Shown here one piece after another: positions 43,892 through 53,320 of a DNA stretch of 64,000 bases; position 1 is the first letter of the stretch; each line of letters begins with the position of its first letter. Source of the DNA: a virus. The translations under genes were made by a program, and so were the position numbers. The notes below the pieces were generated by a model. It saw only the letters and a list, made by a program, of their open reading frames with translations, was not told the DNA's origin and did not search any database. The stretch is taken from IMG/VR virus record IMGVR_UViG_3300009093_000036, positions 96,001-160,000 of that record, one strand, 5' to 3'.

Positions 43892-46060
43892 CTACATGCC
43901 CGCCGGCGACGGCGGACGCATACCCGGCTGGACGCCAGCGTACCGAAGGGGAGTGGGTGTGGCGGTCGCCAGATGCTGGACGGCATCCACCCCTTTCTTT
44001 GCCCCCACGAGACCAGCACCGACAGCACCGACGGCACCAAGACCCAGCGCGAGACGGCCGTAGCCGCTGTGCTTGACCTGGTAGTCAGGATTCGCGAGAG
44101 CTCGGCCGAGCTCGGCGGCGGCCTTCAGGCTGCCCTGGTTGCCGATCATGTCACTCTGCCCTGCGACGATCGGCTCCTGAACCTTCGGCGCCGTCACACG
44201 TGCGATCGGCTTCGCGAGGGCGTGCGTGATGCCGGGGGCGACCAGACCCAGACCACCGATCTCGACGGCCGGATGATGCAGGGCGTGAGCGAGACCTTCG
44301 GCGACGGTGTGGCCCTCAGCAGCAAGAGCACCCATCCGCCCACCACGCAGCATCAGACGCTTCAGTCCGCCGGCGGCAGCATCGGCGAGGTACGGTGACG
44401 CGAGCGTCGCGATGCCGACGTCGTCAATGCGATCGGCGATGCGTCCAGTGCGGGGGTCCTCCGAGGCCGTCTTGCCCGGCATCGGACCGACGCCGCCGTA
44501 CTGGTGCGGCACCGCCATGTACCCCATCAAGCCCGTGCCGGCAGCCGCACCGACGAGACCGGCACGGTTCAGCCCCTGGTTCATCACGTTGTGCTGCTGT
44601 TCGAGACGGCCTGCTGCCTGCCGGAGCGCCTCTGCCTGCCCACCACGCGATGCCGCCACCGATTGAGCGAGCTCGGGCTTCATGGTCGCTGCCGGCGTCG
44701 AGGAGCCACCCCAGGCCGTCGGGGACATGACCTGCTTCTGCTGGGTGTTGAGGGCGATGCCTCCCGCCCCGCCTGCCCCGCCCGCGGCCCCGGGCTTGGC
44801 GGCGAGGGTGCCACGACCCAGCGCCGGCGGAGCTCCGGCGTGCATCGTCCCAGCGAGAGCGGGATCCGCGATCGTCTTGCCGGCGATCTGGTGAGCCTCC
44901 CGAGCCGCGATCTCCGCCTGACCCGCCTGAGCTCGCAGCGTGTTGAGCTGATGAGCCCCCTGCGTCTTGAGCGCCGAGATGCCAGCGCCGCCGGCGGCAC
45001 CAAGCCCAGCCCCAACGAGAGCTCCGCGAAGAGCTCCCTGTTGCCGCTGGCCTGGATCGGCGTGCATCAGACCGCCGAGACCGCCGGCGACGGCGCCGAT
45101 GCCTGCACCCACCCCAGCATGACCGAGGTGACTGATCGCTGTTGGCGAGACCGCGAGCGCGATCTTCTGGCCATGGTTGTCCTTGTCGAGCACCTTCATC
45201 TTGAACTCCTCGAAGGGCATCTCCTTCATCGAACCGAAGAAGCGGGGGTCGTTGTACTGCTTGAGGTAGGCAGCCTTCGCCTCCTCTGCGGAGTCGAACC
45301 CGAGCATCACCTTCTGCTCGTCGAACTTCGTCCAGGCGACACCGTCCTTCTTGATCTCACCCTCGGGCTTCTTCATCTGGTCGACCAAGAAGACCTTGTC
45401 CGACTCCTCGTTGGGGCCGAGGTAGACATCGACGTGGTCGCCATCGGTGCCCTTCGTCATACGGATGTAGCCGTAGTCGAAGTGCATGAAGGTGGAGCCC
45501 TTCTCCTTGCCGTGCGGGTCGTACCAGGAGCGCTTGCTGCCCTTGCGGTTCTCGATCGCGATGTCGAGGCCCTTGAACATCCGCTCGCCGTGGAGCTTGA
45601 AGTTCGAGAGCTTCGCCCCATCAGCGAAGCGGATGTCGTCCGTCGCTGACTTCTTCTCGGCGCGGTCCCGCTCCTGCTTCTCCTTGAGCTTCTTGGGGTT
45701 GTCCATGAAGTACTGGATCATGTCCCCGCACGACTTCTTCTCGCTCTCACCTTCGACCTTCTTCAGGCGGATGTAGTAGTCGGGCCGCTCGCGCAGATGA
45801 TCGATCGCGATCTGCTTGGCGACGGCGGGATGATCGGTGTGCTCCATCTCCACCTTCTCGCCGGCGTGGAGCTGAACCTTCGGTACCCCAGAGCCACTGT
45901 CGTGGGCGTGAGCGAGCAGGCCGCTCTTCTTGACGTGCTCGGGCAACGCCTTGATGTCCTTCGTCTCGTGAGCCCAGGCGATCGCAGTTCCCTTGGGGAG
46001 CTTCCCCTCCGCTTCCATCGCGAAGAACTTGCGCTGCTGTGCCTTGCTCTTGAAGGGCAT
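43892..46060 (-). CDS. modular virion-associated protein: DUF5661-like + pyrophosphatase-like (InPase) + glycine-zipper modules
   Basis: MPFKSKAQQR; GEKVEMEHTD...AIDHLRERPDYY; IAIENRKG...DYGYI..T.GTDGDHVDVY...KVMLGF; GAGIGAVAGGLGG. Confidence 0.75.
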   Translation of the reverse strand: MPFKSKAQQRKFFAMEAEGKLPKGTAIAWAHETKDIKALPEHVKKSGLLAHAHDSGSGVPKVQLHAGEKVEMEHTDHPAVAKQIAIDHLRERPDYYIRLKKVEGESEKKSCGDMIQYFMDNPKKLKEKQERDRAEKKSATDDIRFADGAKLSNFKLHGERMFKGLDIAIENRKGSKRSWYDPHGKEKGSTFMHFDYGYIRMTKGTDGDHVDVYLGPNEESDKVFLVDQMKKPEGEIKKDGVAWTKFDEQKVMLGFDSAEEAKAAYLKQYNDPRFFGSMKEMPFEEFKMKVLDKDNHGQKIALAVSPTAISHLGHAGVGAGIGAVAGGLGGLMHADPGQRQQGALRGALVGAGLGAAGGAGISALKTQGAHQLNTLRAQAGQAEIAAREAHQIAGKTIADPALAGTMHAGAPPALGRGTLAAKPGAAGGAGGAGGIALNTQQKQVMSPTAWGGSSTPAATMKPELAQSVAASRGGQAEALRQAAGRLEQQHNVMNQGLNRAGLVGAAAGTGLMGYMAVPHQYGGVGPMPGKTASEDPRTGRIADRIDDVGIATLASPYLADAAAGGLKRLMLRGGRMGALAAEGHTVAEGLAHALHHPAVEIGGLGLVAPGITHALAKPIARVTAPKVQEPIVAGQSDMIGNQGSLKAAAELGRALANPDYQVKHSGYGRLALGLGAVGAVGAGLVGAKKGVDAVQHLATATPTPLRYAGVQPGMRPPSPAGM

Positions 46061-46082
46061 GCCGCGATCCTAGCGCATTTCG

Positions 46083-46090
46083 CCCTATCA
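46083..46090 (+). promoter_or_regulatory. CCCTATCA promoter-like motif
   Basis: 21 nt before ATG 46112; AAGGAG RBS between them. Confidence 0.55.
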
Positions 46091-46111
46091 GCGAAGAGAA
46101 GGAGACACATC

Positions 46112-46645
46112 ATGGGCGAGAGCATTCACTGCCGACAAGACGACGACGGCACCTACCGTTTCCGCATCTGGGGAAGCACCGTCGATAGCTACCTCACCAC
46201 CGACCTCACGGAAGAGGAAGTTCATCGCTACGTCCGGCAACGTGGCATGGAGTCAGCACTGTCGACGTTCGAGATCGATCGGGGCATCGAGCGAGCGAAG
46301 AGCGTGGGCTCCTCCGACTACTACACGACGAAGCCGGCATCCCCACTTAGTCAGCCGTGGAGGAAGGAACGGATCACCCACGAGGAAGCCACCAACGCCA
46401 CCGATCTCAGCGACATGTTCTTCTTGCTGGCTCACGAGAAGTACATCGACAACGACGAGGAGGACACCATCTTCGAGGGTCCGTTCCTGCTGGAGAGGAT
46501 GAAGACCGATACAGTCGAGCCCAACCAGCGCATCTTCTCTCCGAAGACTGTCGAGAGCTTCGAGGCGTGGGCGGACCTCTCGTGCTTCGGGGAGGTCTTC
46601 CGTGGTGAGGGCTTTCAGATCGTGCGGGTCCTCCCGCCGAAGTGA
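46112..46645 (+). CDS. hypothetical protein inserted antisense in the structural module
   Basis: Start MGESIHC; own promoter motif and terminator. Confidence 0.7.
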   Translation: MGESIHCRQDDDGTYRFRIWGSTVDSYLTTDLTEEEVHRYVRQRGMESALSTFEIDRGIERAKSVGSSDYYTTKPASPLSQPWRKERITHEEATNATDLSDMFFLLAHEKYIDNDEEDTIFEGPFLLERMKTDTVEPNQRIFSPKTVESFEAWADLSCFGEVFRGEGFQIVRVLPPK

Positions 46646-46646
46646 G

Positions 46647-46674
46647 GAGAGGGGCTGCGAGGCCCCTCTCTTTT
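46647..46674 (+). terminator. intrinsic terminator
   Basis: GAGAGGGGC-N6-GCCCCTCTC-TTTT. Confidence 0.75.
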
Positions 46675-46827
46675 GCTCCCAACACCAACTCCGAATCACC
46701 TATCAATACAATAGGAGATGGGGATTTTCCTGAAGGGGATTCCGAAACAACAACAAGCCAGAGAAATCTGTTGTGTGGCCCCGAAAGGGGCCGCTGCTTT
46801 GCTCTGAACTTGATGTCGTTTTGCCTG

Positions 46828-48594
46828 TCAGACCGACGTCATGATCTTGCCGATTCGGCCAGAGAACGTGGTGTTCGTACCAGTGAACCCATTACCTCCG
46901 ACGAAGGCGTTGGCGCTGGCGGCACGAGACCATGGCCCACCACTGAGCGGGAAGCGAGAGATCGACGGGCCTGCGGTGTAGCCACGTACGCGGAGAGCAC
47001 CGCGATAAGCCTCCTCATCGAACGTGAGCAGCGTTCCACGCGACCAGGCGAACAAGGGGCTGCGGTGGTTCGGTGCGCCGATGCTTTCGCCCGAGCTGCT
47101 AAACGCTCGATAGTTCTGCTGAATGTACATGGACAAGCCTGCACGTTCTGCGGTCCCCAACCCCAACACCACCTGGAGGGAAGAGAGCGACGCATTGAAC
47201 GCACCGGTGGCGTTGTAGAGGGACGTCTGCCAAGACACGATTGTCCAGCCAACAACCGCTGATCCACCAACGCCAGAGGTCGCGAACTCATCCACGGAGA
47301 AGTCCGGCGCCATTTGAATCGAGTAGCCACGTGCTCCGAACGACGCCGGGAATGGGTTGGCGTTCGTGATCGAAAAGGTTTCTCCGGTCCGTGCCGCAGT
47401 CGCGGCGATCGTCTTGATTGGTGACGTGGGAAACGAGCGTCCCGTCTCAAACTGAGGACGCCAGACCTGGATCGTGCGAGCCGCTGCGTCGCTCGCGTTG
47501 ATGATTCGGAACTCGAATGCGCCGGAGGTGTTCACGGCTCCGGTGTCGAGCACGAACAAGTCGTAGCGTGCCCACGTCGTCGTCAGGTTCAGGTCGGCCG
47601 ACGTGTAGATGCGGCCATCCTTGGCGAGCACCTGAAGACGGAACTTCTGCGTGCCGGATGCGCAGCGGGCCCACACGCTCGCTGAGCCGTTCGTCTGTGT
47701 TGCGACGCCCGTGAGGCTCTGCTTCACACCATCGGAAGCGGAGGCCGTCATCGTGATCGAACAGACGGTCGCGTCGCCCTTGGGTGATCCACCCAACACA
47801 CCGAGCCCGGTGGCGCTGCCCATCGCAACCCACGGCGACGTGATGACACCGACGTTGCTGAACAGGGTCTCGTTCTGGAGCACCTGGTTCGTTGCGGCCA
47901 CCTCGAACAGGATCATCGGACCGTTGCCATCACCGCGATCTTCGATCGTGACCGTGTTGTTGACACGATCGGCCATGAACGCTGCGCCGTCGGAGCGAGG
48001 AGCCCCCGTGAAGTATGCGCTCACGCCAGCATTGCCGGAGTAGCCGGTGGCTCCAGCCACGCTCAGGTCGTACGTGTCGCCTGCACCCGTCGTAGGTGCT
48101 GCGATCGTCGGCTCTAGAGCGCCCTTCACTAGAGGCATCACTCGAATGATCTTGTTCGGACCATCGATGTAGATGCGCCAGCCGACGTTGAGGCCGTCGT
48201 ACGAGAACGGCAGGATGTAGTCCTGGTTCAGACCTGCGGGAGTCGTCCAGAGGCCACCGCCGTTCGTCGTCACATCGAGCTTGATGCCGAAGTACGTCCT
48301 GACGTTCTTGTGAACTTCGAGTACTGACGACGTCGTCGTGTCCCAGGCGCTCGAACCGCTCCCTGGAACGTCGATGACGACCTCGGCGGACGGCTGGAAC
48401 CGAAGCAGCCCCAGAGCCGTGAGGCTCCGAGCTGTGACAGTTCCAGTGGTGATCGGAGTTCCCGGATTCGTCACCTTGTTAGCGAACAAGGAGTCGATCG
48501 CATCGGCAACCTGCGAGCGCAGGTAGGAGATCTCTCCTGCAAGTCCTCCTGGGCGTGTCAGGTGTTCCCGAAGACTCGTACGAGGAAAACCCAT
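46828..48594 (-). CDS. fibre/spike protein with carbohydrate-binding jelly-roll-like domain
   Basis: Beta-rich, Thr/Gly-rich; QVWRPQFETGRSFPTSPIKT..ATAART resembles phage head-spike/fibre motifs. Confidence 0.6.
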   Translation of the reverse strand: MGFPRTSLREHLTRPGGLAGEISYLRSQVADAIDSLFANKVTNPGTPITTGTVTARSLTALGLLRFQPSAEVVIDVPGSGSSAWDTTTSSVLEVHKNVRTYFGIKLDVTTNGGGLWTTPAGLNQDYILPFSYDGLNVGWRIYIDGPNKIIRVMPLVKGALEPTIAAPTTGAGDTYDLSVAGATGYSGNAGVSAYFTGAPRSDGAAFMADRVNNTVTIEDRGDGNGPMILFEVAATNQVLQNETLFSNVGVITSPWVAMGSATGLGVLGGSPKGDATVCSITMTASASDGVKQSLTGVATQTNGSASVWARCASGTQKFRLQVLAKDGRIYTSADLNLTTTWARYDLFVLDTGAVNTSGAFEFRIINASDAAARTIQVWRPQFETGRSFPTSPIKTIAATAARTGETFSITNANPFPASFGARGYSIQMAPDFSVDEFATSGVGGSAVVGWTIVSWQTSLYNATGAFNASLSSLQVVLGLGTAERAGLSMYIQQNYRAFSSSGESIGAPNHRSPLFAWSRGTLLTFDEEAYRGALRVRGYTAGPSISRFPLSGGPWSRAASANAFVGGNGFTGTNTTFSGRIGKIMTSV

Positions 48595-48641
48595 GATCGC
48601 TCCTTGTGCGGTTCAACATCAACTACGGACGGAGACCTGGA

Positions 48642-49352
48642 TCAGGTCGTGAGTTCGATGCTCTCCAACGCGATCGGCACCGCCATCTCGAACTGGAGGG
48701 CCACCGACTCCTGGATGATGACGCCCTGAGCATCCGTCGCCCACGTGTGATTCGGCAGGACGCAGCTCTCGAAGTAGCAGGAGCCGTAGGCGTCCTGGTT
48801 CACGTCCTGGACGACCATCAGCAGACCGATGGGCTGCGAGAAGAGGTCGGACGCCAGGTTGATGAAGAAGTTCTCGAAGCCCGGCGGGATGACGACGTCG
48901 TGCGGGTTCGGCATCGCCGCAGCACCGACGTTCGGGAACACGGCCGGGACGACGACGTCCGGCACGAGGTCCTGGTAGTACGCGTACAGGACGCGCAGGA
49001 TCGAGGGGCCGTGGTACAGGACGCGAGCGAGTGCGAGCTGACCCATCGTGCGGCCCGAGATGAAGTACGACCGCTCCGAGCCGAGCTCGAAGATGCGGTT
49101 GAACTGCCGGTTGTGGGAGATGTTGATCGACTGCGTGAGGCCGACCGGGTACACGATCTGTGAGGCCTCGTCGGGAGCCGCGGAGATCGCAGCACCGAGG
49201 CTGAGGGCGCCACCGATCGACGCGAGACGCGGCGGACCGGCGAAGAGCCCGGTGTAGGCGCCGGTGATGAACCGACCGTCCACCATGCCCGGGCCGACGC
49301 CGCCCGACTGCACGTAGTTCTTGTAGGTGTTCCAGTTCGCGAACGATGCCAT
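48642..49352 (-). CDS. tail tube protein
   Basis: VGLTQSINISHNRQFNRIFELGSERSYFISGR; downstream of the sheath. Confidence 0.8.
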   Translation of the reverse strand: MASFANWNTYKNYVQSGGVGPGMVDGRFITGAYTGLFAGPPRLASIGGALSLGAAISAAPDEASQIVYPVGLTQSINISHNRQFNRIFELGSERSYFISGRTMGQLALARVLYHGPSILRVLYAYYQDLVPDVVVPAVFPNVGAAAMPNPHDVVIPPGFENFFINLASDLFSQPIGLLMVVQDVNQDAYGSCYFESCVLPNHTWATDAQGVIIQESVALQFEMAVPIALESIELTT

Positions 49353-49374
49353 GGCGTGTTCCTTCCTTCAGCTC

Positions 49375-49761
49375 TCAGGCGAGAGCCCGACGAGCGGCTT
49401 CCTGGGGGTCCACACCCTGACGAATCAGCTCCTGCGCGGTCTTCACGGGGTCGACCACCGTGAGCTCGCTGGAAGCCGTCTTCAGCGTGTCGAGGAAGGA
49501 GTCGAAGCGTTCCGACTTCTCCTCGATGAGGTGGTCGATGTGCTCGCCGGCCCGCACGACGTTGAGGTCGGTCGCGAACTTCGAGTTGTCGATGGCGGCG
49601 ATCTCCTCGGCGATCGAGGGGCGCTGCACGAAGGCCTGAAGGCCCGACTCCTGCACCGCAGGGGTCGAGCTCGTCTTGGCCGTGGGCTGGTGGCTCTCCA
49701 TCACCTTCTCCAGGCGACTGTCGAGATCCGAGCCCGTGTTGTAGATGTCGCGGTCGGTCAT
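49375..49761 (-). CDS. hypothetical protein
   Basis: 128 aa between sheath and tube. Confidence 0.65.
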   Translation of the reverse strand: MTDRDIYNTGSDLDSRLEKVMESHQPTAKTSSTPAVQESGLQAFVQRPSIAEEIAAIDNSKFATDLNVVRAGEHIDHLIEEKSERFDSFLDTLKTASSELTVVDPVKTAQELIRQGVDPQEAARRALA

Positions 49762-50201
49762 GTTCCCTTCCTCAGCATGGCGGCTTTCAGGTCGTGGAGG
49801 AACAGCTCGAAGTCTTCGAGCTTCGCGTCACGTCGCCCGAGGTTCGCCGCCTGCGACGTCAGGACCACGTTGGTCTTGCAGTACCCGACTTCGAGGTCGA
49901 GGCGATCAAGTGAGACTTGCCAGGGGCCGGAGCTCCTGGTGGTCCTCATTGGCACCCCAAGCCAGAAGCACTTGCCCTCCTGGGCCGTGAACTGCTCGTT
50001 GAGCCAAGTCTCGTCGAGATCGAAGATGGTGTGAGGATGGTGCTTCTCGTTTCGGATCCTCGCGTGAGTGAGCAGGTACCTCATCCACACGCCCGGCTTG
50101 GCCAGGTACTTCTGCATGTACCGATGGTTGCGGGCAGACCGCTCCTCCGCGGTGAGAGGCACCGAAGAAGGAGCAGTCTTGATGTGATGAAGGCTGCCCA
50201 T
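49758..50201 (-). CDS. His-Me finger (HNH-like) endonuclease
   Basis: QEGKCFWLGVPM...VSLDRLDLEVGYCKTNVVLTSQAAN. Confidence 0.75.
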   Translation of the reverse strand: MGSLHHIKTAPSSVPLTAEERSARNHRYMQKYLAKPGVWMRYLLTHARIRNEKHHPHTIFDLDETWLNEQFTAQEGKCFWLGVPMRTTRSSGPWQVSLDRLDLEVGYCKTNVVLTSQAANLGRRDAKLEDFELFLHDLKAAMLRKGT

Positions 50202-50202
50202 G

Positions 50203-53200
50203 TCAGACGATCAGCGTGATTTTGATCTCGTTGCAAGGATAGAAAACGCCCACGTCGATGTCGAGGAGCAGCGAGTCCGGCTGATCCGGGTTCTGCACGA
50301 GGCGCGAGACGTGGAAGCTCGCGAGGACCTTCTGGACGGTCAGGAAGCTGCCGAGCCCGTCGAGCGTCGTGCTGATCGAGCTCTGGAGGTTCTGCGAGAT
50401 GTTGAACCGGCCGATGTAGTTCCGCAGACCGCCGCGGAGGAACTTCGCCGTGAAGTCGAGCGCCGTGAGGATCGAGAACTCGCGCTCTTCGATCGTGTCG
50501 ATGGCGGACGTGAGCTGGTGCCGCGTCTGGATGGACTGGCCTGCGGCTTCCTGGAACATGTTCCAGAGGCCACCGCCGTCCATGATGCGGTACTGGATCT
50601 CACCGTAGCGATCGCTCGCACCGATGAGGCCCGTGAAGCCCTTGATGCCGACGTTCGTGAGCGGATCGGACGGGTTCTTCGACGCCGTCTTGCCGGCGAG
50701 CGCGGCGCAGACGTAGAAGCCCTCGATCTCCTGCTCTAGCCCATCGACCGTCGCCTTCGCCTTGTCGGGCGTGACGAAGATCATGCGGCGGTTCTTGTAG
50801 CCCTGCGGGATCGCGGCGTACGCGATCGCTTCCTCGGTGAGGTCCGCGAGCACGGTGCCGCGGATGAAGACCGAGAAGGGACGATCGACGATCGGGTTGG
50901 CGAACGCCGGCGAGCTGCCAGCGAAATAGAACCCGTCGGCGTTGTCCTCGCTGGTGCCGGCCGCGAGAGCGCCCGTGCTGACCGTGACGATCGAACCCGC
51001 CACCCCGGTGATGAGGTAGTTGTTCGTGTCGTCTTCGAGCTTGAGCACGATGCGATCGTCGATGGTGTACGGCGGGGCCGGGTGACCAGCCGCAGCGAGG
51101 AGAGCCGGCAGGTTCGCGAGACCCGTGTCGAACGTCGACACGCCGCCCGTGCTGTTGCCGAGCGAGCCCGAGCCGATGAGGTTGTTCGCCGTGCGCTCCG
51201 GACGGGGCGGGTTGTTGAAGACGACGCGTTCGAGACCGACCTCGGGGTCGCTCATCGCCGTGACGTGGGCATCCGCGAGGTCCGAGACCGTCGCGTCGTG
51301 CGTGAGCTGCGCGATCGCGTACACGTCCTTCGACTCGATGAACGTGTAGGCCTCCGCCCACGCCCCGAGCGTGCCGAAGGGCTCCGTCACCGTCGCCTCG
51401 CCGATGCCGAGACCGAACGTCTCCAGGCCCGAGGCGTTGAGCATCGCGAAGTACATGCCGAGGCCCAGGGGGTTCTCGGGGTTGATGGGCGACAGCTTCG
51501 ACTCCAGCGTGGTGAGGTCACCGATGCGGAGCAGGTTGCTGTTCGTGCCGGCGGCGGACACGTCGCGACGAAGCGCCGTGTAGCCGAGGTACAAGCCCAG
51601 GTCGACCGCGGCCGTGGGGGTGCCGTCAGGAGCACGGAAGATCTCGTGCTTCACGACGACTTCGCCAGAGGTCGCGTCGACCTGGAGATCGGCACTCGGA
51701 CGAGTCGTCGTCTGCGGACCCGTGAGACCGAGCGCGCGGATGTAGAAGTTGACCCACGTGGCGGTCAACTGGTACTCCGTGTCGAGACGAAGCCGCGTCA
51801 CGACGCCCGCCGGAGCGACCTCCGTGATGAGGCCGAGACGGAGACCGTTGCCGTAGACCTCGTCGCCCACCATCGGAGCGTACGGGTTGCCGACGTAGCG
51901 GTTCGCCGTGAGGCCGAGCGTGGTGAGTGCCGTCGAGAGCGAGTTGATGCGGATCACGCTCTCCTCGCCGCCCTCGGTCGTGGGCGAGCGGAGGACGAGC
52001 TTGTTCGCCCCGTTCAGCGACGCGACCGCAGCGCCTGCGGGCACCTGCCACTTCGTGTTGATGGCAGCCACTAGCGCCGCAGCGTTCGCGATCGTCGGAC
52101 CGATGATGAGCGTCTGCTCCGCCTCGCCGTCGATGCTCATGATGAGCGACTGACCGGGCGTCGCGAACGGGCCGCCGGCACCGTACGTGATGGTCGTGAG
52201 GTCCACGGTGGCCTGGACGCGAGCACGGCTGCGACGGCCTGCCGCGTAGTCGCCGACGACCAGGCCGAGGTTGCCGGACGTCGCGGTGCCGCCCGTGCGC
52301 TCGAACGACGAGCCCGGGCCGGTCGTGCCGGAGGTGAGGACGAGGTGGTTGCTCGCCCCGAGCGACGCGACGGTCGTACCGAAGGCCGCGTTGATCTGCG
52401 AGATGATGTCCGCCGCCGAGGCTGCCGCCGAGAAGTTGACGGTGACCGGGCCGGCGCCGTCCTTCGAGAAGATGGCGCTCGTGCTGTTCAGCGCGGAGAA
52501 CGTCGTCGAGAGGTCGGCGGTACCCGTGAGGACCGCGGCACCATCCGTGAAGTTCTGGCCGGCGAACGTGAGGTACGGCGAGAGGTTGTCGCCATCACCA
52601 TCGTTGAAGACGCTGACCGCCGCGGTCGCACCACGCAGGAACGTGGTCGTGCGGCTGACCTCGACGAAGTTGCCGCCACCGATCGCCGCGAACACGCGCA
52701 CCGTCGAGAAGTCGAGCGTGAGCTCGTCGAGGTTGCTGCGCGGATCCGGGTAGTTCTCCAGGCCGACGTCGACCTTGAAGTTGTTGTTGTAGCCGCCACG
52801 GCCCGTCTCCGTGTAGCCACCACCACGCAAGTTCAGCACGGTGAGGCCGGTGCCGCCCATGATCGAGAGCGTCGCGAACGGACCCGTGGCCACCGAGTGG
52901 AGAACGATGCGCTGCTGCGCACCGCTCGTCTCGATCGCGACGAGCAATCCGACGATGTCGAGCGAGTCGATGTACGCCTTCACCTCTTCGACCGTCGGGT
53001 TCGCCGGCGAAGCCGGGAACGTGATGGTCTGGGTGGGGCCGTTGTTCACGCTGAGCTGGAGGGTGAGGCCCCCGAGCGTCGCGTACTGGAACGGCGTCGA
53101 GACGTACGGGAACTCGATCCGTGCCGGCAGCGCGAGCAGCGCCTGGCTGTTCAGCACGCCGGTGTCCAGGACAGCCTGAACGACCTCCTTCGCGACACCC

Positions 53201-53304
53201 ATCACGCAGGCGGGCATCGTGGGAACGAAGATCGTGGGGGTGACCTGACGGAACTCGGTGAAAACCTTGACGCCCGGCCGGGGAAGCATGTTCGGAGTGG
53301 TCAT
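50203..53304 (-). CDS. contractile tail sheath protein with large insertion domains
   Basis: PRPGVKVFTE N-terminus; C-terminal RHQLT...REFSI...DF.AK..R...YIGRFNI...DVGVFYPCNEIKITLIV. Confidence 0.9.
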   Translation of the reverse strand: MTTPNMLPRPGVKVFTEFRQVTPTIFVPTMPACVMGVAKEVVQAVLDTGVLNSQALLALPARIEFPYVSTPFQYATLGGLTLQLSVNNGPTQTITFPASPANPTVEEVKAYIDSLDIVGLLVAIETSGAQQRIVLHSVATGPFATLSIMGGTGLTVLNLRGGGYTETGRGGYNNNFKVDVGLENYPDPRSNLDELTLDFSTVRVFAAIGGGNFVEVSRTTTFLRGATAAVSVFNDGDGDNLSPYLTFAGQNFTDGAAVLTGTADLSTTFSALNSTSAIFSKDGAGPVTVNFSAAASAADIISQINAAFGTTVASLGASNHLVLTSGTTGPGSSFERTGGTATSGNLGLVVGDYAAGRRSRARVQATVDLTTITYGAGGPFATPGQSLIMSIDGEAEQTLIIGPTIANAAALVAAINTKWQVPAGAAVASLNGANKLVLRSPTTEGGEESVIRINSLSTALTTLGLTANRYVGNPYAPMVGDEVYGNGLRLGLITEVAPAGVVTRLRLDTEYQLTATWVNFYIRALGLTGPQTTTRPSADLQVDATSGEVVVKHEIFRAPDGTPTAAVDLGLYLGYTALRRDVSAAGTNSNLLRIGDLTTLESKLSPINPENPLGLGMYFAMLNASGLETFGLGIGEATVTEPFGTLGAWAEAYTFIESKDVYAIAQLTHDATVSDLADAHVTAMSDPEVGLERVVFNNPPRPERTANNLIGSGSLGNSTGGVSTFDTGLANLPALLAAAGHPAPPYTIDDRIVLKLEDDTNNYLITGVAGSIVTVSTGALAAGTSEDNADGFYFAGSSPAFANPIVDRPFSVFIRGTVLADLTEEAIAYAAIPQGYKNRRMIFVTPDKAKATVDGLEQEIEGFYVCAALAGKTASKNPSDPLTNVGIKGFTGLIGASDRYGEIQYRIMDGGGLWNMFQEAAGQSIQTRHQLTSAIDTIEEREFSILTALDFTAKFLRGGLRNYIGRFNISQNLQSSISTTLDGLGSFLTVQKVLASFHVSRLVQNPDQPDSLLLDIDVGVFYPCNEIKITLIV

Positions 53305-53320
53305 CGCGAGAATCTCCTTC

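Noticed and set aside
46718-46810. Short ORF after the CCTATCA motif at 46699
   Set aside because: About 30 codons running through terminator-like hairpins; not supportable as a gene
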